Positions 1 through 13,500 of a stretch of 64,000 nucleotides of DNA are shown here, in pieces (within the stretch, counting starts at the first letter, position 1; the number at the start of each line of letters is the position of its first letter). This DNA comes from Balanoglossus misakiensis (Eukaryota > Animalia > Hemichordata). The notes under the pieces are model-generated. The model saw nothing but the letters and a program-made list of their open reading frames with translations. It ran no database searches and had not been told where the DNA came from. The stretch is taken from the NCBI GenBank assembly GCA_040954595.2, contig CM082594.2, forward strand, positions 9,738,296 through 9,802,295, given 5' to 3'. Both the position numbers and the translations under genes were made by a program.

Positions 1-3000
1 CAGCATTGCTGTGCTAAAAGTAAAACAAGCTTTTACGACCAAGGAGAGAATTCTAACTGTGGAATTGTGCGCGAGGGTGTTTTGTGGCATGGGTATGGTA
101 TGTGTTGCATGTTTGTGTAAGTTTTATGCGAATGTGTGGGTTGTATCTGAGAAATAAACTCTACTTGTGTTTCCTGCATTTATGAAGATTCCTCCCACTC
201 GTACCTGAAAGGATAGTACAGGTTCTCATCAATGTGGTTTTTGGTTTGCCAGAGGGATTGGTTTTTAGGTCAAAGTTTGACTTCCTCATGTCGAAACCCT
301 GATGTTAGGGCAAAGAGAAATAAATTACAGTGTATATAAACACTGTAGCTTAAACTCTTATTAAATGTCATTTACTGGGTTGGCCGGTTGGGGAACGTGT
401 TACGCAGGGTGTATGTACACAGCTTGGTTGCGGATAACACAGCTGGATTGCTGACCGCACTCAATTTTGAAGCTTTTAATAGAAAAGAAAAACGCCCAAG
501 CAAGCGTAAACTTTCACATTCCTGATTTGATAAATCGACCTTGTGGGTACTAAGACTATGGCGTGGGCTGAATTATGGTCGTCACAGGTTGAGTGTCACC
601 GAAAACTGCAGAAAAATCAGATAAACAGGGCACGACTTCAGTTTGAAGCGGTCTGTTAGTTTCCAACTGTCTGATAGTAAAATAGATAGCAGTTAGCCAT
701 CAATCTTTGCATCCTCTCTTCTTGTCTTACTCCTGTAAGTTTCCTCTCTCAGTTTGACGAGAGTGATCCCACCAAAGATTTCACATCAAAAACAGCTGGT
801 CAGCATTTCTATATTAATTCATATCATGTACATATCTGTGTCGATTTCTTACAATGTGAAATTATTATTCCAAGTTTGTGTGTAATCCTGCGTGACTGAC
901 TTTGGTAGAGGATTTTCAAAAGACTCCTCATACCCCACCAAACCTCCCGAGTTTCAGGCTTCGAAATAAGACTGAAAGAAAACGGACTAAACTAATGTAC
1001 ATGTAATGGTTCTTTGCCTTCCGTGAAGTGGTCCGTTAACAGGTATTTCTTACATTACAAACAAGCTGATCAAATTCCACAGCAGTTCTAGCTGCAAGGC
1101 ATGTATGGTAGCATGGACTAAGTTGCGTAGGGTGATTATGTGACCTGATAAGGATATTTAATTAGTTAGAAAGTGGGAGACATTTAAGACCTGCAATTGA
1201 TACTGCATGGACAGGTGGACGAGACCTTATAAAGAGTTGCAAGTGTTCGGTGAATGTTTTAAATAAAATTCTGATGAGCTGAATTAATTTCTAGTAATTC
1301 TATCCGAGAATATTAGGTATAGTCGTGCCCTGTATATGACAGTAACAGTCAAGTCGGTTGAAGGCTGAACTGATCAAGTTTGACATGAAGTGAATTGTAT
1401 ACCAGCAGAAATATAGCAAGTCGACAATAGGCGTCATTTGTCCCAGTTGTCTGGTGAAGCGTGTACGTTTTCTGACCGTTGGTCACATGTGCTGTTTTCA
1501 AAATAAAATTTGTAGACGTAGCCTCATGCATATTAATCACCCCTTATTCCTAATGGTATAGCCTACATGTGCTCACAGGAGAGCAGTAAGAATCTTACAT
1601 TATTCAGGTATTAAGGGGTGTAAAGATGTAGATTTAATGTATATTTACACAGACATTAATATGCAGGTGCACATATTTCTTTGTGCATTTTTGTTGTGTA
1701 TCACCATCATTTGTCTTAAGAAGCAAAGTACACAATTGACCTTCTTATTATATCAATACTAATTTCTCAAGATAGCAGAAATCTAAAATATTAAATTCCA
1801 AAGGTCAATGAATTGAAAGCTCTGTGAGTGTGGTTGGTTAAATTTACATTTTGACAAAGTAAATCAATGTTACTTTTAACCTAAAATGTATCATTAAATG
1901 TTTCTAATGGAACCCATCTACATCTGATATGGGTTGATAACAATCATAAAAAAATAATGCAACATACAAATTTCTGTACACGTTATGTTAGTTTTTTCAA
2001 GACAATATGTTGTAATTGATATTGTTTTAAGCGAGCTCTGCATCTAATGATTCTTTTATCTTAATTTCTAATGCATTTTAGCTGATATTATTTGAATATC
2101 ATCAATGATCAGAAGTCTGCATACATGTAATGTGCTATATTTAGTGCAATACATAAATGAGCATGTCTGTATCGTATTTAGTTTTGATTTAGGAGGAAAA
2201 TGAGTTCTCTAATGGGAAGTTACCATTTTCAGTAATCAGGTCTTCTTTAATTAATTAGTCCCTGTGGATGAAGTCCATGGGGAGGGGGTAATGGATTGTT
2301 GTTGTACGTCTGTCTGTCTGTCCTTCTGTCCAAAGACATGACTCTGACATGCCTGATTCACTGATTCAATTCCATTCAACAGAGCTGAAGTTTCAAGGTT
2401 CAGTCTAAGCCTGAAAACTCTGGGTAGACTTTAGACTATAAACTTCCCGAGATCCCGGTTGCTCTCCCATTAAATTGAAATATTAAATGATATTGACAGT
2501 TTGACAGGTTAACTAAATAGGATATATGTCCTTTGAGATATGTGGCATTTATTAAATGATTGAAAAGAAATCCCTTGGGAAATGCCAGCAAATCAACTTA
2601 AAATAGATAACCAACCTGAAAATCGTGGCAGTCTTATGATTACATGTTAGTTTTGTAGCTCAGCATCGACAACAAGCTCGAGCAGTGAAATCCATGGTGA
2701 TGATCGATACTGACTTCAGCAAAACAACAAGTAATGGCATTTATTGCGAGTTGATAAGGTTACTGACCTCGGGGAAGGGGGGAGAGATTTGTGTTCTGTA
2801 TGTTTTTATATGCTGTGAAAGGAGTTCATAAACCATAACACCATTTCAGTTTGTCCCAGTGACAAATACAATTTCATGAAAAGGATTTCTCATCAGTTTC
2901 GATGCTAGAAACCATGCAAAAACAAGCAGCGTCTATTCTTTGTTGAAATGAACAGATCTTTTACAATTGTCTCTACCCATTTCATTGCTTCTGCCTGCCT

Positions 3001-6000
3001 CATCTGTTTATCAGCATAGCTGCTCCCTGTTATTCTCACATAGCCTTCAAAATGCTTTATAAACCCTACAGCAAGTATTATCAAAGGCGAAAACACAAAA
3101 ACACTCTGATATACGTACAATGTAGAGTCAATTGCCCATTCTTCCAATGTCAGTGGCTTTTATTGATTTCATAAAATCTTTTCATTTGGTAAATTGAAAA
3201 CCCAGAAGAGATAGACTGATGTTTATTACAGCCCAATGAACGCCATACATGTAGTTGTATGGTACTTTTAAAAATTGAGTTGAATAGGAATTATTAATGA
3301 GTTTTGATATCTTCTAATCTAAAAAGGTTTCTAACCATTGATACTGTCCAAGATGTCATATTGTATAATGATGTAATCTTAGAGATTGTACTGTGGAGGT
3401 TGATAAAGGAAGATTTATCAAGATTGCAAAGGCATGAATTTGCTATCTGTTATTTTATTTCTTGGCTTCTGTGTGTGTATTTTTTCTGTTCTTTTGTCTG
3501 TCGTTTATTTTTATTCAGTCTGGGACCCTTGTGGTTCAATGTGTATAAATAACCTGAAATTGTATGAATAATAATCTGAAAATCATTAATGACTGATGAC
3601 ATACATGTAAAACAAATAAAAGAGACCATCAAAGGTAGCATTTTCCTCATTTTAATAAAATTGCTCTTGTATCCCAAGATTTCTTGCAATCGGTTCACAG
3701 TATGTGACAGTGTATTACTTTCCCATTACATTGCCTAGTACACAAAATCATGGGGTTATTTCCTTCAGGGGGAAGGAATAATCATTCATAGCCAGCAGCT
3801 GCTCTACCTGATATGACCGGAACATTGATGTCATTTGCCATAAAAAGAACTGAGTTCGTGAAATGTCACGAGTTAGGAAATTTCATACACGTACCATACA
3901 AGAAACTAAAATTGAAAGGAAGACTATTATTATTTTATGATTTTTCAGAAATTGAAATGTGTGATTTGCAGGGCAGGTGGTGGCTGTTATATTTGCAGAC
4001 ATATTGTACACCATTTCCGTACATGATTTGATATTACATATGCATGAAAAGATCATTCTTTTGTATTTATTATGCTGCTAATATTACATTTGAAATGTCA
4101 AAGTTGTGATTTATTAACTTGTCAGACTTTGACAGGGAGTTACACTTTTGAACGGTCTGGAAACTGATCTTGATGCAGAAATAGATTCTTGCAGAACTCA
4201 AGCTTGGTAAAACATATCAAGTTTACTGGTCTGGTGTGTCTGCTGAAGTTTCCTGAGGAGCTTTTGCAGTTAGTCACTCAGTACACGCTATGGCTGAATC
4301 TCAGTCCTTTTATAGGTCATAGAGAACAAAGATTGGGGAATGTAGGTTCCCAGTAACCGTCAATTAAACTGAATCTTCTCGTAAAACTTTAACAAGGAGT
4401 TGATTTGCAGATGCCTATCCAGAAATAAAAGCTTGTTCGGGCGCTGAAGTGTAACTTGAGATGCAGTGATTCTGTTTTATGAATCCAGAAAAGTCATTCA
4501 GCGATAGCAATAAAGTGACCACATCAGACTTGTATGTGACCATTGCTCATCGGACCATCCCCGTGAATTTACTGTGCGTGCTTGTAAAACATGTGCTAGG
4601 CATTTGACTTTGAATGAGTCATGAACTCCGAGCTTCCACACATAAGTGGAAGAAGCACCTATGTTATATGTCCGACGGACTTGTTCCTGGTTGCGGTGAT
4701 GCTCACCAAGTTTTGACCATTCCACCGATCTGCTTTTCCATGTTTCAATATTGCACCAGCTGCTTCCTATAAAATGGTATAAGTCCCTACTTTGGGTGTC
4801 TGCAATCTTAGAACTTCTCCACACTTGTGTTGCAGAATGTGTTTAGTTGCTTAACCGTCCTTTTACTGCAGAAATACGTAACATGCCTGAGTTACTGCGG
4901 TATTTTTTAAATGTAACATTTTTCTTTGCTTCACCCCGCAAGCAAATCAGCCATGAAGTTATGAAAGTATGTAAAAATGAATGAAAAATGATCAATTTCT
5001 TCATGGGCTCCGAAGAGTACCTGGGCAGCTAAGTGTTCATGACTATCCATTTTAATTTTAGAGTTGTAAGTTTTTTTTTGCAACATACACAGATGAAGTC
5101 TGTGTTGGTTGAATCAAAATGAAATATATCCTTGTAATAAAAATGTGACACCGAACAATGTAATTTATTCTTCTAAAAGTGCACATTAAAGAAAGCTCAG
5201 CTGTAATATCACTTTAATGAATAGTTGCTGCAGTCACCCTGAAACGTGGGAGAAAAAATCAATACAGTAGAATTTGCTTTCAGATGGATGATTTATTTGC
5301 TTAGTTTTATGAATCAAGGCCAATATTTGCTTTAAATGATATTATGTAGCATTATTTCATCAAGGGGGTCATGGCCTTGTCAGGCATATTAGAAATTAAA
5401 TTTGACCCATGACCGTAAGCCTTGATAAATTGATGCAATTTGGTTTTGACAAGTTCAACAAGTATCCATAATGGTGGTTATAATTCAATTGAATTAATTG
5501 CAATGCAAGGTCTATTTTGCAACCTCACACCAAATACCTTCCCTTGATAATTAAAGAAATTTTGACAACACAGTGTGACAGACGTTTGAAATCAAAATTC
5601 AACTGCAAAATTGCCCGTAATTGTCCCCATGAGTCTTATTTTCTTCTTGCTAGTCAAGATGATATTATTGTCAAATTAATGTCTCATTTTCCTCATCATC
5701 ATGGTAACTGTCTGTTGGTTTGTACTTCTGGTGTATGATTCCTCAGTTGCTAAGTACCCATTGTCTGGGCTGAAGGAGCAAACAAATAGACTTAGGTGTC
5801 TCAGTTTACGTAGCTAGAATCTTGTCAGCCATTTCTTTTGGCTCTGCCAAATTGTTTGGGTGAAGCTAAGAGAAGGAAGACAAGATGATGGGCTTAAATA
5901 TATACAATACATAAATAAGACACATCCAAGCATTAACTTGTAACTTTCAACCTCTTGCTATGGACAGGCCAAGAAAATGGTTCATACACATAACATACAA

Positions 6001-7501
6001 GGAACATCAGAAGTATGCCATGATCTCAAGCCAAAACAACCTCATGTAGATCAAGTGAGCAAGTCCATTAGGCATAGACCACATGCAACATGTACAATAC
6101 AGATGACATTGTATTGAGTGGTTGTACATGTATAATGAACCAAGACTGCATTCTGTGAAGATCTCAAGTTTCTTCATCTCAGCACCAGGGGGCCCAACAT
6201 GTAAACCCATGTTCAGATTGAAATCTAAATGATGTTACATTTGCATATATACAATTGTATATCATGTCTGGCTTTACATGTTCATACATGTAATTCCAAC
6301 GTGACAAACATTATTTAAGAATGAATAAACATGCATTTTTTCAATGTAATTTCTTGACTGACATTGCAGTGTAATAAATCCCACCGTTTTCGTGACTTAC
6401 AATTACATGTGAAGACATGCATTCTTGTACTTGTTCGCGTGACCTTAATGCACAGTTAGACATTGAATCCCCATAATTTCAAAGTACCATCTGTTTTGTT
6501 CAAGGGCATCTAAATGTAACTGGTGGGATAAGAATCTGTAACATGTTTATTTTTGTACATGTTTAGAAACATATGTGGCCATTAATCAGATCAGTCAGTG
6601 TTCCTGGTAAGGTCATCAGATGATTTGCAAGTTTGGTTTTGGTGTCGCAAATGGGTATGGTAAAAAAGAGGGTCATGCGTCTCGTGGTCGTGATGCTGGA
6701 AGAATAATGGTGAGATGGGGTTCAGTTTTAATTAAACTTTAAAATCTTGCTCCTACCTGCTGACCTGGCTGATTTCAGGGGAACAATTTTCAGCTTGCCA
6801 GCCACTTTCAAATCACACGCCCTGGTTATATATGGTCGTGATGTCAAAGTTGCACTTGAGATGAAGTAGGTATGCTTAACATACCAGACTCTAATTCTAT
6901 GAAATCTCTTTACCCATACCCTCGAGGAGGAGGTGGGTTTGAAATACACACTGAACTCCTTGAAACTCACAAAGTGCATTTTCTTTTGGTGGTTTGAATA
7001 GTGCTGTAGGTAATGTTACGAATTGTGTGACTGTCAGTAAAGCAAGGTAAAAATTTGAATATCATAATTTCAAACATGCTGACTTTCAGTCTAATGTGCA
7101 AACCTCAACAGTGCGATAGTTCTGCAACTAGTATGTAGAGTGTATATCATCACATGGTAAATGGACGTCTTGATTCAAGTAGGGTATCCCCTCCCTGCCC
7201 ATGGGAACGCATTTCATTCTGTTCGGTATCTCTGATGAAAAGTGGTGTTCTCTCCCAGTTCCTTGGAGGGATTGATAAAAACCTCCATTTGGCAGGTGAC
7301 GATGGAAGACCCACACATCACTGTGCGTATCCATTCCTAATAGCCAACTAGCTTTACCAACTTTTTGGCTGAATATCAATCTTTTATAGAATAGGTTCTC
7401 CACTATAATATCATGGCAGGCAACTCTGTACTAGTGAATATCTTTGTTTATAATCAACTGAGTAATAACTTCCTGCATATTTTGATGTTTTCCGTTTTCA
7501 G

Positions 7502-10500
7502 AGGAAGAGGAGGAAACATGCGATTCACCACTAGGAATGGAAGCTGGATCCATAACGGATAGCCAGATCACCGCCAGTTCTGTTTTCAGTGTTCAGAGGT
7601 CGCCTTACTATGCCAGGCTCAATAAAAATGAAGGTAAGGGAACATATACAGTGCCAAAATGTTGGTCAGATTCAGTCAAACTGTGCAAAAAAATTTCCCA
7701 GAGTTTTGACACTGATAGGAAAGTGGTCTTGTACAATCAAACGTGGAATTTGAACTATTACAGTAATTATATGGTAGTGGCATTCCCTTTATCCAACACT
7801 CTACTTTCAGTAATGCCTCTGGAAAATTTCATTTAACTGGAAGACTGTCCAATCTGTCAGATTTGACGTTTTCAATTAGGGGGAATGCCGCTTTTTATGG
7901 GAAGTGTGTTTCTTATTACTTGGGACTCAATAACAAAGTTAGCTCATAAAGAGGTATCCCATAATTCCCTACTTTATAAATGCGTGCCTTGTTTCAGTGT
8001 GGTGAGATGTCCAATCTGTTTGTATTATTTGTTTCAGAACCAGCTTTCAAATATTTTCCCATGTCTCATTTTATTTTTTCATCAAGCACTAGTTGGAACA
8101 TAAGAATACATGTCATTGAAAAGGAATTTAGAAGTTATATATTGCATGCATTGTAAGAACTTTGTATCCACGGATATCAAATGCTGGTCCACTTCAAACT
8201 GACAAGTTAATCTGAATCTAATCCAGGGTTGTTAGTTGCACAGACTAAACAAGCCTTTTATCAAGGTTTTGGTCATCAGGGAGGATGAAAAGGACATCTT
8301 TGAATCTCTCAAGCTTCCAAACATCCTTGCTTTTCTGGACTTGAAAGCCTGGCATGCCTTGCTGTATGTAGGCTTAGACAGCAAAGCTTGCCAGACAAAT
8401 CTCCCAGTCTCAAGGAGAGTTTTCTTATCGTTTGCTAATTGGTCGATTTGATCAGAGTAATTGGTGTTTATGCATTCTTTATTTATAGTTAACTGCATTA
8501 CTCCTCATTATCTCTTTCAATCCCATCTGATAAAAACCCTGTAAGCATTGTGTGCTTCCATCACTTTCTAAAAGCTGTCCTGAAGAAAAAATAAAAGTAT
8601 AAATTGATTACGTGTTTTGCTGGGGGCCGCATAACAACAATATTGTTGGTTGTGTGTCTGCATGTCGATATTAAGATTCTGTCAGCATTGACCGCATAAT
8701 GGTTTCTTGTAGCTGAGGTGAAAAACACACGCATGAAAATGTACTTAAATGTCTTGTGTATATGTGCGCATTGTTTATGAATGGTCTGCAGAATAAAGAC
8801 TCTGAGATAGAAGTCAAACAATTTTCATCTTATGTGCCAAGGCAATGTTATCTTTGAATGACCCATATAGCTTTTCATTCTTTCATCTTAGAGTAACGCA
8901 TTCCTCCCCCATGCTGGGTCGCAGTCATTCCCTAACCCTATGTTGTCCTTGATCGACCTTCAATTCCAATTCCAACCCATCGCAGTCTTGGTTAAATCTC
9001 CCATGCTGTGATCCAATCTTGTGTTGTACCACTGACATTCCAACGCCTTTGCTACTGATTATGGTCGATTAACCAGGCAGGCGTGTATTGGCCAGCCTCT
9101 CACGTTACATGTTTTCTCTTGTTAGTTTAATGAAAAAAACAAGACTGTGAATGTGGAGTTGACTGTCAAAGTGAAATGTGTATTTGTGGGACACAAATTG
9201 GAACAGTGCAGTTCTATAGAAAAACTGCAAGAATACGTGAAACTTGATAAGTTCCCATCTCGCTTTCCCACACTACATTGAGATATAAATCCTAGGAAGT
9301 TTAATCCTTGTAGCCGAGATCAAACTACATGACAAGCACAAATAAGCATCGGTAAATTGCTTGTCAAATAAAAGCATCTTCCTCCCGTTTCAAAATTGCC
9401 ACGGAAACCGATAGGAACTTATCAACAGAAAACAGTATCATTAAAGTGTGCAATATTTCTTGCCTACTAACGGTTCACTCAAAGTGTAAGAGAAAGAGCT
9501 TACACATTTAGCAACGACCTTTCTATCCAACTGCATCTTTATAGTACATCTCTGTCGTACCTAATATCAGAAAGATGTATAAAGGATTGAATTGGATAAG
9601 GAGAAGTTTTGTCTATATATAGAATAAGGATATCATGGTAGAATGTTATATTTGATCATTTCATCACAGTGGTCCTTTTCTTGGGCAAACAGTAACAATT
9701 TATAAGATTGGAAAACAATCACTCTCCAAAAAGGAAGCGTAGAGCTCACTGGAACTTCATAGATGAGATTAGCTAGTGTATTTCCGGATTAACTGAAATA
9801 CCACAAAAATTTTTCATGTAGTCTCCTCCGCAGGCAACGCAAAGTGAATTCAAATTTCCAACAAATATGTCGCTTCATACGTAGGACTTAAGGAATTTTT
9901 GACCTTGTACTTCCACTTATTGAAGTCAGGGTCGGACGAGACTTGCGTACATAGTGTTTACATCGGAGCTTTTGCTTTGAAATGGAGATGTTAGGTTAGC
10001 GGGTGAGAGGGTTAATACCAGCAAAGTTTAACCATCTTAATGTCAATACTGTTACCATAATATCAATGCGTACAATATTACCATAAGTTGAAATCAGTTT
10101 AATCTTACATGTACCGTATATGGAGCTGCATTGTTATGACCAACAAAATATAAAATTGATAAGCATTCTTTCCCAAGAAAGTAACTTCAAAGACTTTCTA
10201 ATATTACTTCAAGAAGTGGCAAGATCTGAAAGCACCCAGCTGTCTCTGTGAATAAACACGGTAATGTAAACCGATCAAAGCAGAGATAACAGAATCCTTG
10301 CAAGGGTCAGTGTATGACAGGAGCGTTTTGTTGCATATCTTTCTGGTACGAAACGAAAACAACTGTTGGGTGTGTTGGATCGTGACTGTTTGTCGAAAAT
10401 GCAAACCACATGTATGTAACCTGATATTTAGAGCACACCCATAAAATTAGGTTGTACTATCAAAATAGAAATCCAAGCCCTCATTTGATCCTGTTTATGT

Positions 10501-13500
10501 ATTTTTAAATGCTGGTAAGGCAGTACATTACGATGATTTAGTGAAGTTAAAGATACCGGGAAAGAATTGAACAGAGATCTTGAACTTCAACTTGCTGGTG
10601 AACTGATGCCTTGTACTTCATTTTGATATGAAGTGGTGTATTGATTTTTTGTGGTGGTTACCGTGGGAACCCTCCTTAAAAACATTCCTGGTAACATGTA
10701 TGATGAAGTTCAGTATGTGAAAGCCATCACCAGAAACATTGAACGAAGTGGCCTAGATCCGACAGCTGTGTTTATAACAGGTGTACATTCCTCATTATGC
10801 TAATAGTTTCCTAGTGGTCCTTTCTGAGAATTCAGGGGGTGGGGTGGGGTGGGGTGGGGGTGATGACCTTATAAATCTTCCTCATATGTTTGTATTTTAA
10901 ACCGAGCCAACAGGAAGTGTCAAACAAAAAGTTATATTGATAAAGATATACAGATTTAACCATGGAAGTTTGATAACTTTTTATGGCGTTTTATTCTCGT
11001 GAAGAATAATTTTGCAAGAATATTTCTATGCACAATGTATGTTGTTGTTCAGGCTGCATATTGTCTCTCATTGGTTCCAATCACTGTTAATTTTTTCTTT
11101 TGAACAGGTGGCGGTGGCTGGACGGCATTAACACAGAACACAGATCAGTATCTGAGTATTGATTTGGAGCTGCAGACGGAGATTACTGCGGTGGCAACGC
11201 AAGGTCGCAGCGGCAGCACAGAATGGGTGACGCAGTATATGCTGCAGTACAGCAGCGATGGAGAGGTTTGGCGCGACTACACCGAAAGGGGAGTGCGTAA
11301 GGTTAGTTGTAGTAGCTGATGTTAATTGGTCACTTTCCTATCTGCAACCGCTCAAGGCTCTCTGATAAGCTCACAAACATCTATGTTACCCAATCAGAAT
11401 TGATCTGTCTGTAACTTTGAGTATATCCTTGTCTTTCAGACATTTGACGGAAATACCGATGCCACGACAGTGAAGAAAAACATCTTGGCATCTCCCATCA
11501 TTGCCAGACATATTCGCTTCAAGCCAAAAGCTCTCAACAGACAGCTGTCAATGAGGGTGGAGGTCTATGGATGTCTACATAGTAAGCATGAAATAAGCAT
11601 GAAATTTGCAGACAAATACACAACGATGAGTGTGTACATAGAAAGACATATATTTATATGGCCTAATTTAGCCTTGTGCTTTTTGTTTGTACCATGGTGC
11701 TGTCAAATTCCGGCTTTCACCTATTTTCATCCCAGCATCCCCACAAGCTTTTATTGTATCTCAACACAGATGCTGACACAGCTACATTTGATGGTTCTAA
11801 CTATGCAATCTACGACGTGAGCAGCCGAACTCAACACTTGGCGTCACTCCGAGACGACATCCAACTTCGACTGAAGACCAACCGTCCAGACGGTGTCATC
11901 CTAGCTGGTTCCGGAACTCAGACGGATTTCATGGTACTTGAACTCAAGGATGGAGATCTCGTCCTGAACATCAATCTCGGTAAACAAACACATCTTCAGT
12001 TTTACAGCAAAGGTCCAATTGAACCCAAGTTTCTGTCGCGAGCTTCTTGTATCTCCCGAGGAAACCAGTGAGGAAACTCGATCAGTACTTTACAATCTGC
12101 ATTCAACACGCAATGTTAAACTATATATTTTTAATATTGTGTTAACAGGAAGCAGTCTTTCATTCAGTGGAGCGACACGACTTTCAGCCGGCAGCCATCT
12201 TGATGACAATCATTGGCACAACGTTGAGATTATCAGAAACAAAAAGGACATTATGATGACAGTGGACAGACATACTGTATATGGCACAACAGAGGGAGAT
12301 TTTGAGAGATTGGACTTTGATAAATATGTAAGTGCTTCTTGTGTTATGTACCCATCATAAGTGCATAGAAGTTTCCAAATGAAGAGGCCTTGCTTGATAA
12401 TATTATAAGTAACTCCTTGTTTCCTTACATTTCTCTTAATTCTTTAATCTCTTCAAAACTTTGTCAAGACAGACAATCATGTTTCACCGATGTAATATGA
12501 CCACAGAGGGCGCTGTTTACGTCAAACAGCACTAGTGGAAAAGTGGATTATCTTAAGACTGTCAATAAATACCTTATTCAAATGTATATCAGTCATAAAA
12601 TAATTCCAGAAGATTGTGCAATAATACGTTATCTTCTGAAGAAGAATGTCTTTCCCCTGTGTGCCAATTTCTCTTAAGGTTTAAGACCGACATTTTTTGA
12701 TGTCGTTAATGTCTTGAAAATACTTATTCATATTTCGGCAGATAACATTTGGTGGAGCTATGGACTTCGATGAACCTGGCATATCAGTGAGGAAAAACTT
12801 TGTGGGATGTCTTGAAAACGTCTTCTACAACGGGAATAACATCATCAAATCTGTCACCACTGGTGTGCCTACCTTTCGCACTCAAGGAAGACTGGAATAT
12901 TCTTGTCAAGATGAAGTCGTTGTACCCATTACATTTCCAACGTCTGAGTCATACATGCGTCTTCTTGGCAGAACATCCAACAATTTTACGTAAGTGCTTC
13001 TGTTGATCTGTGTAAATTTGATTATCATGGTGAGAAAAGATTTTTTGTTGAAAAATAGTATATGCAGCCACATTTAGGATAAATGTTCTTGTTCCTTCAG
13101 TGTATCGTTCGACTTCCGAGCCTATGATGCCAACGGAATGCTCATCTACAACGAGTTGCAGAACGATGGCTGGATCATCATAACCCTAAAAGATGGCCGC
13201 CTCCGCGTTGACGTGGTAACCCCAACTTTGGGTCTCATGGATATGGAAGCTGGCGATGGTCTGAATGATGGCCAGTGGCATGCAATTCGTGTGGAGGTCA
13301 GCAACAACTTCGCTCAGCTGAAAATTGATGGCAGAGAGAGTAATACAGATCGATTGATCAACATCCAGACAACATCACAGAATTATATTGGAGGAGCACG
13401 TAAGACAATTATCATTTATTTCATGATGTCATTTTTTCCTCAAATTTAAAAAGACACATAAGCACTGAATTTGGATAGACTTGATATGTAAAATGACCAC

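Noticed and set aside
558-600. ATGGCGTGGGCTGAA..CAG|GTTGAG as CNTNAP exon 1
   Set aside because: Wrong phase (0 instead of 1) and no hydrophobic signal peptide.
1349-10404. Short ORFs of 60-108 aa in the upstream/intronic region, and similar ones at 19-21 kb, 26-30 kb and 57-64 kb
   Set aside because: No recognisable domains or splice-consistent exon chains, apart from the CNTNAP exon at 7502-7633; their lengths are expected by chance.
12499-12517. CTCF-like motif GACCACAGAGGGCGCTG
   Set aside because: Only a partial match, and similar GAGGGCGC strings occur elsewhere (24948); unsupported without a PWM score or ChIP data.
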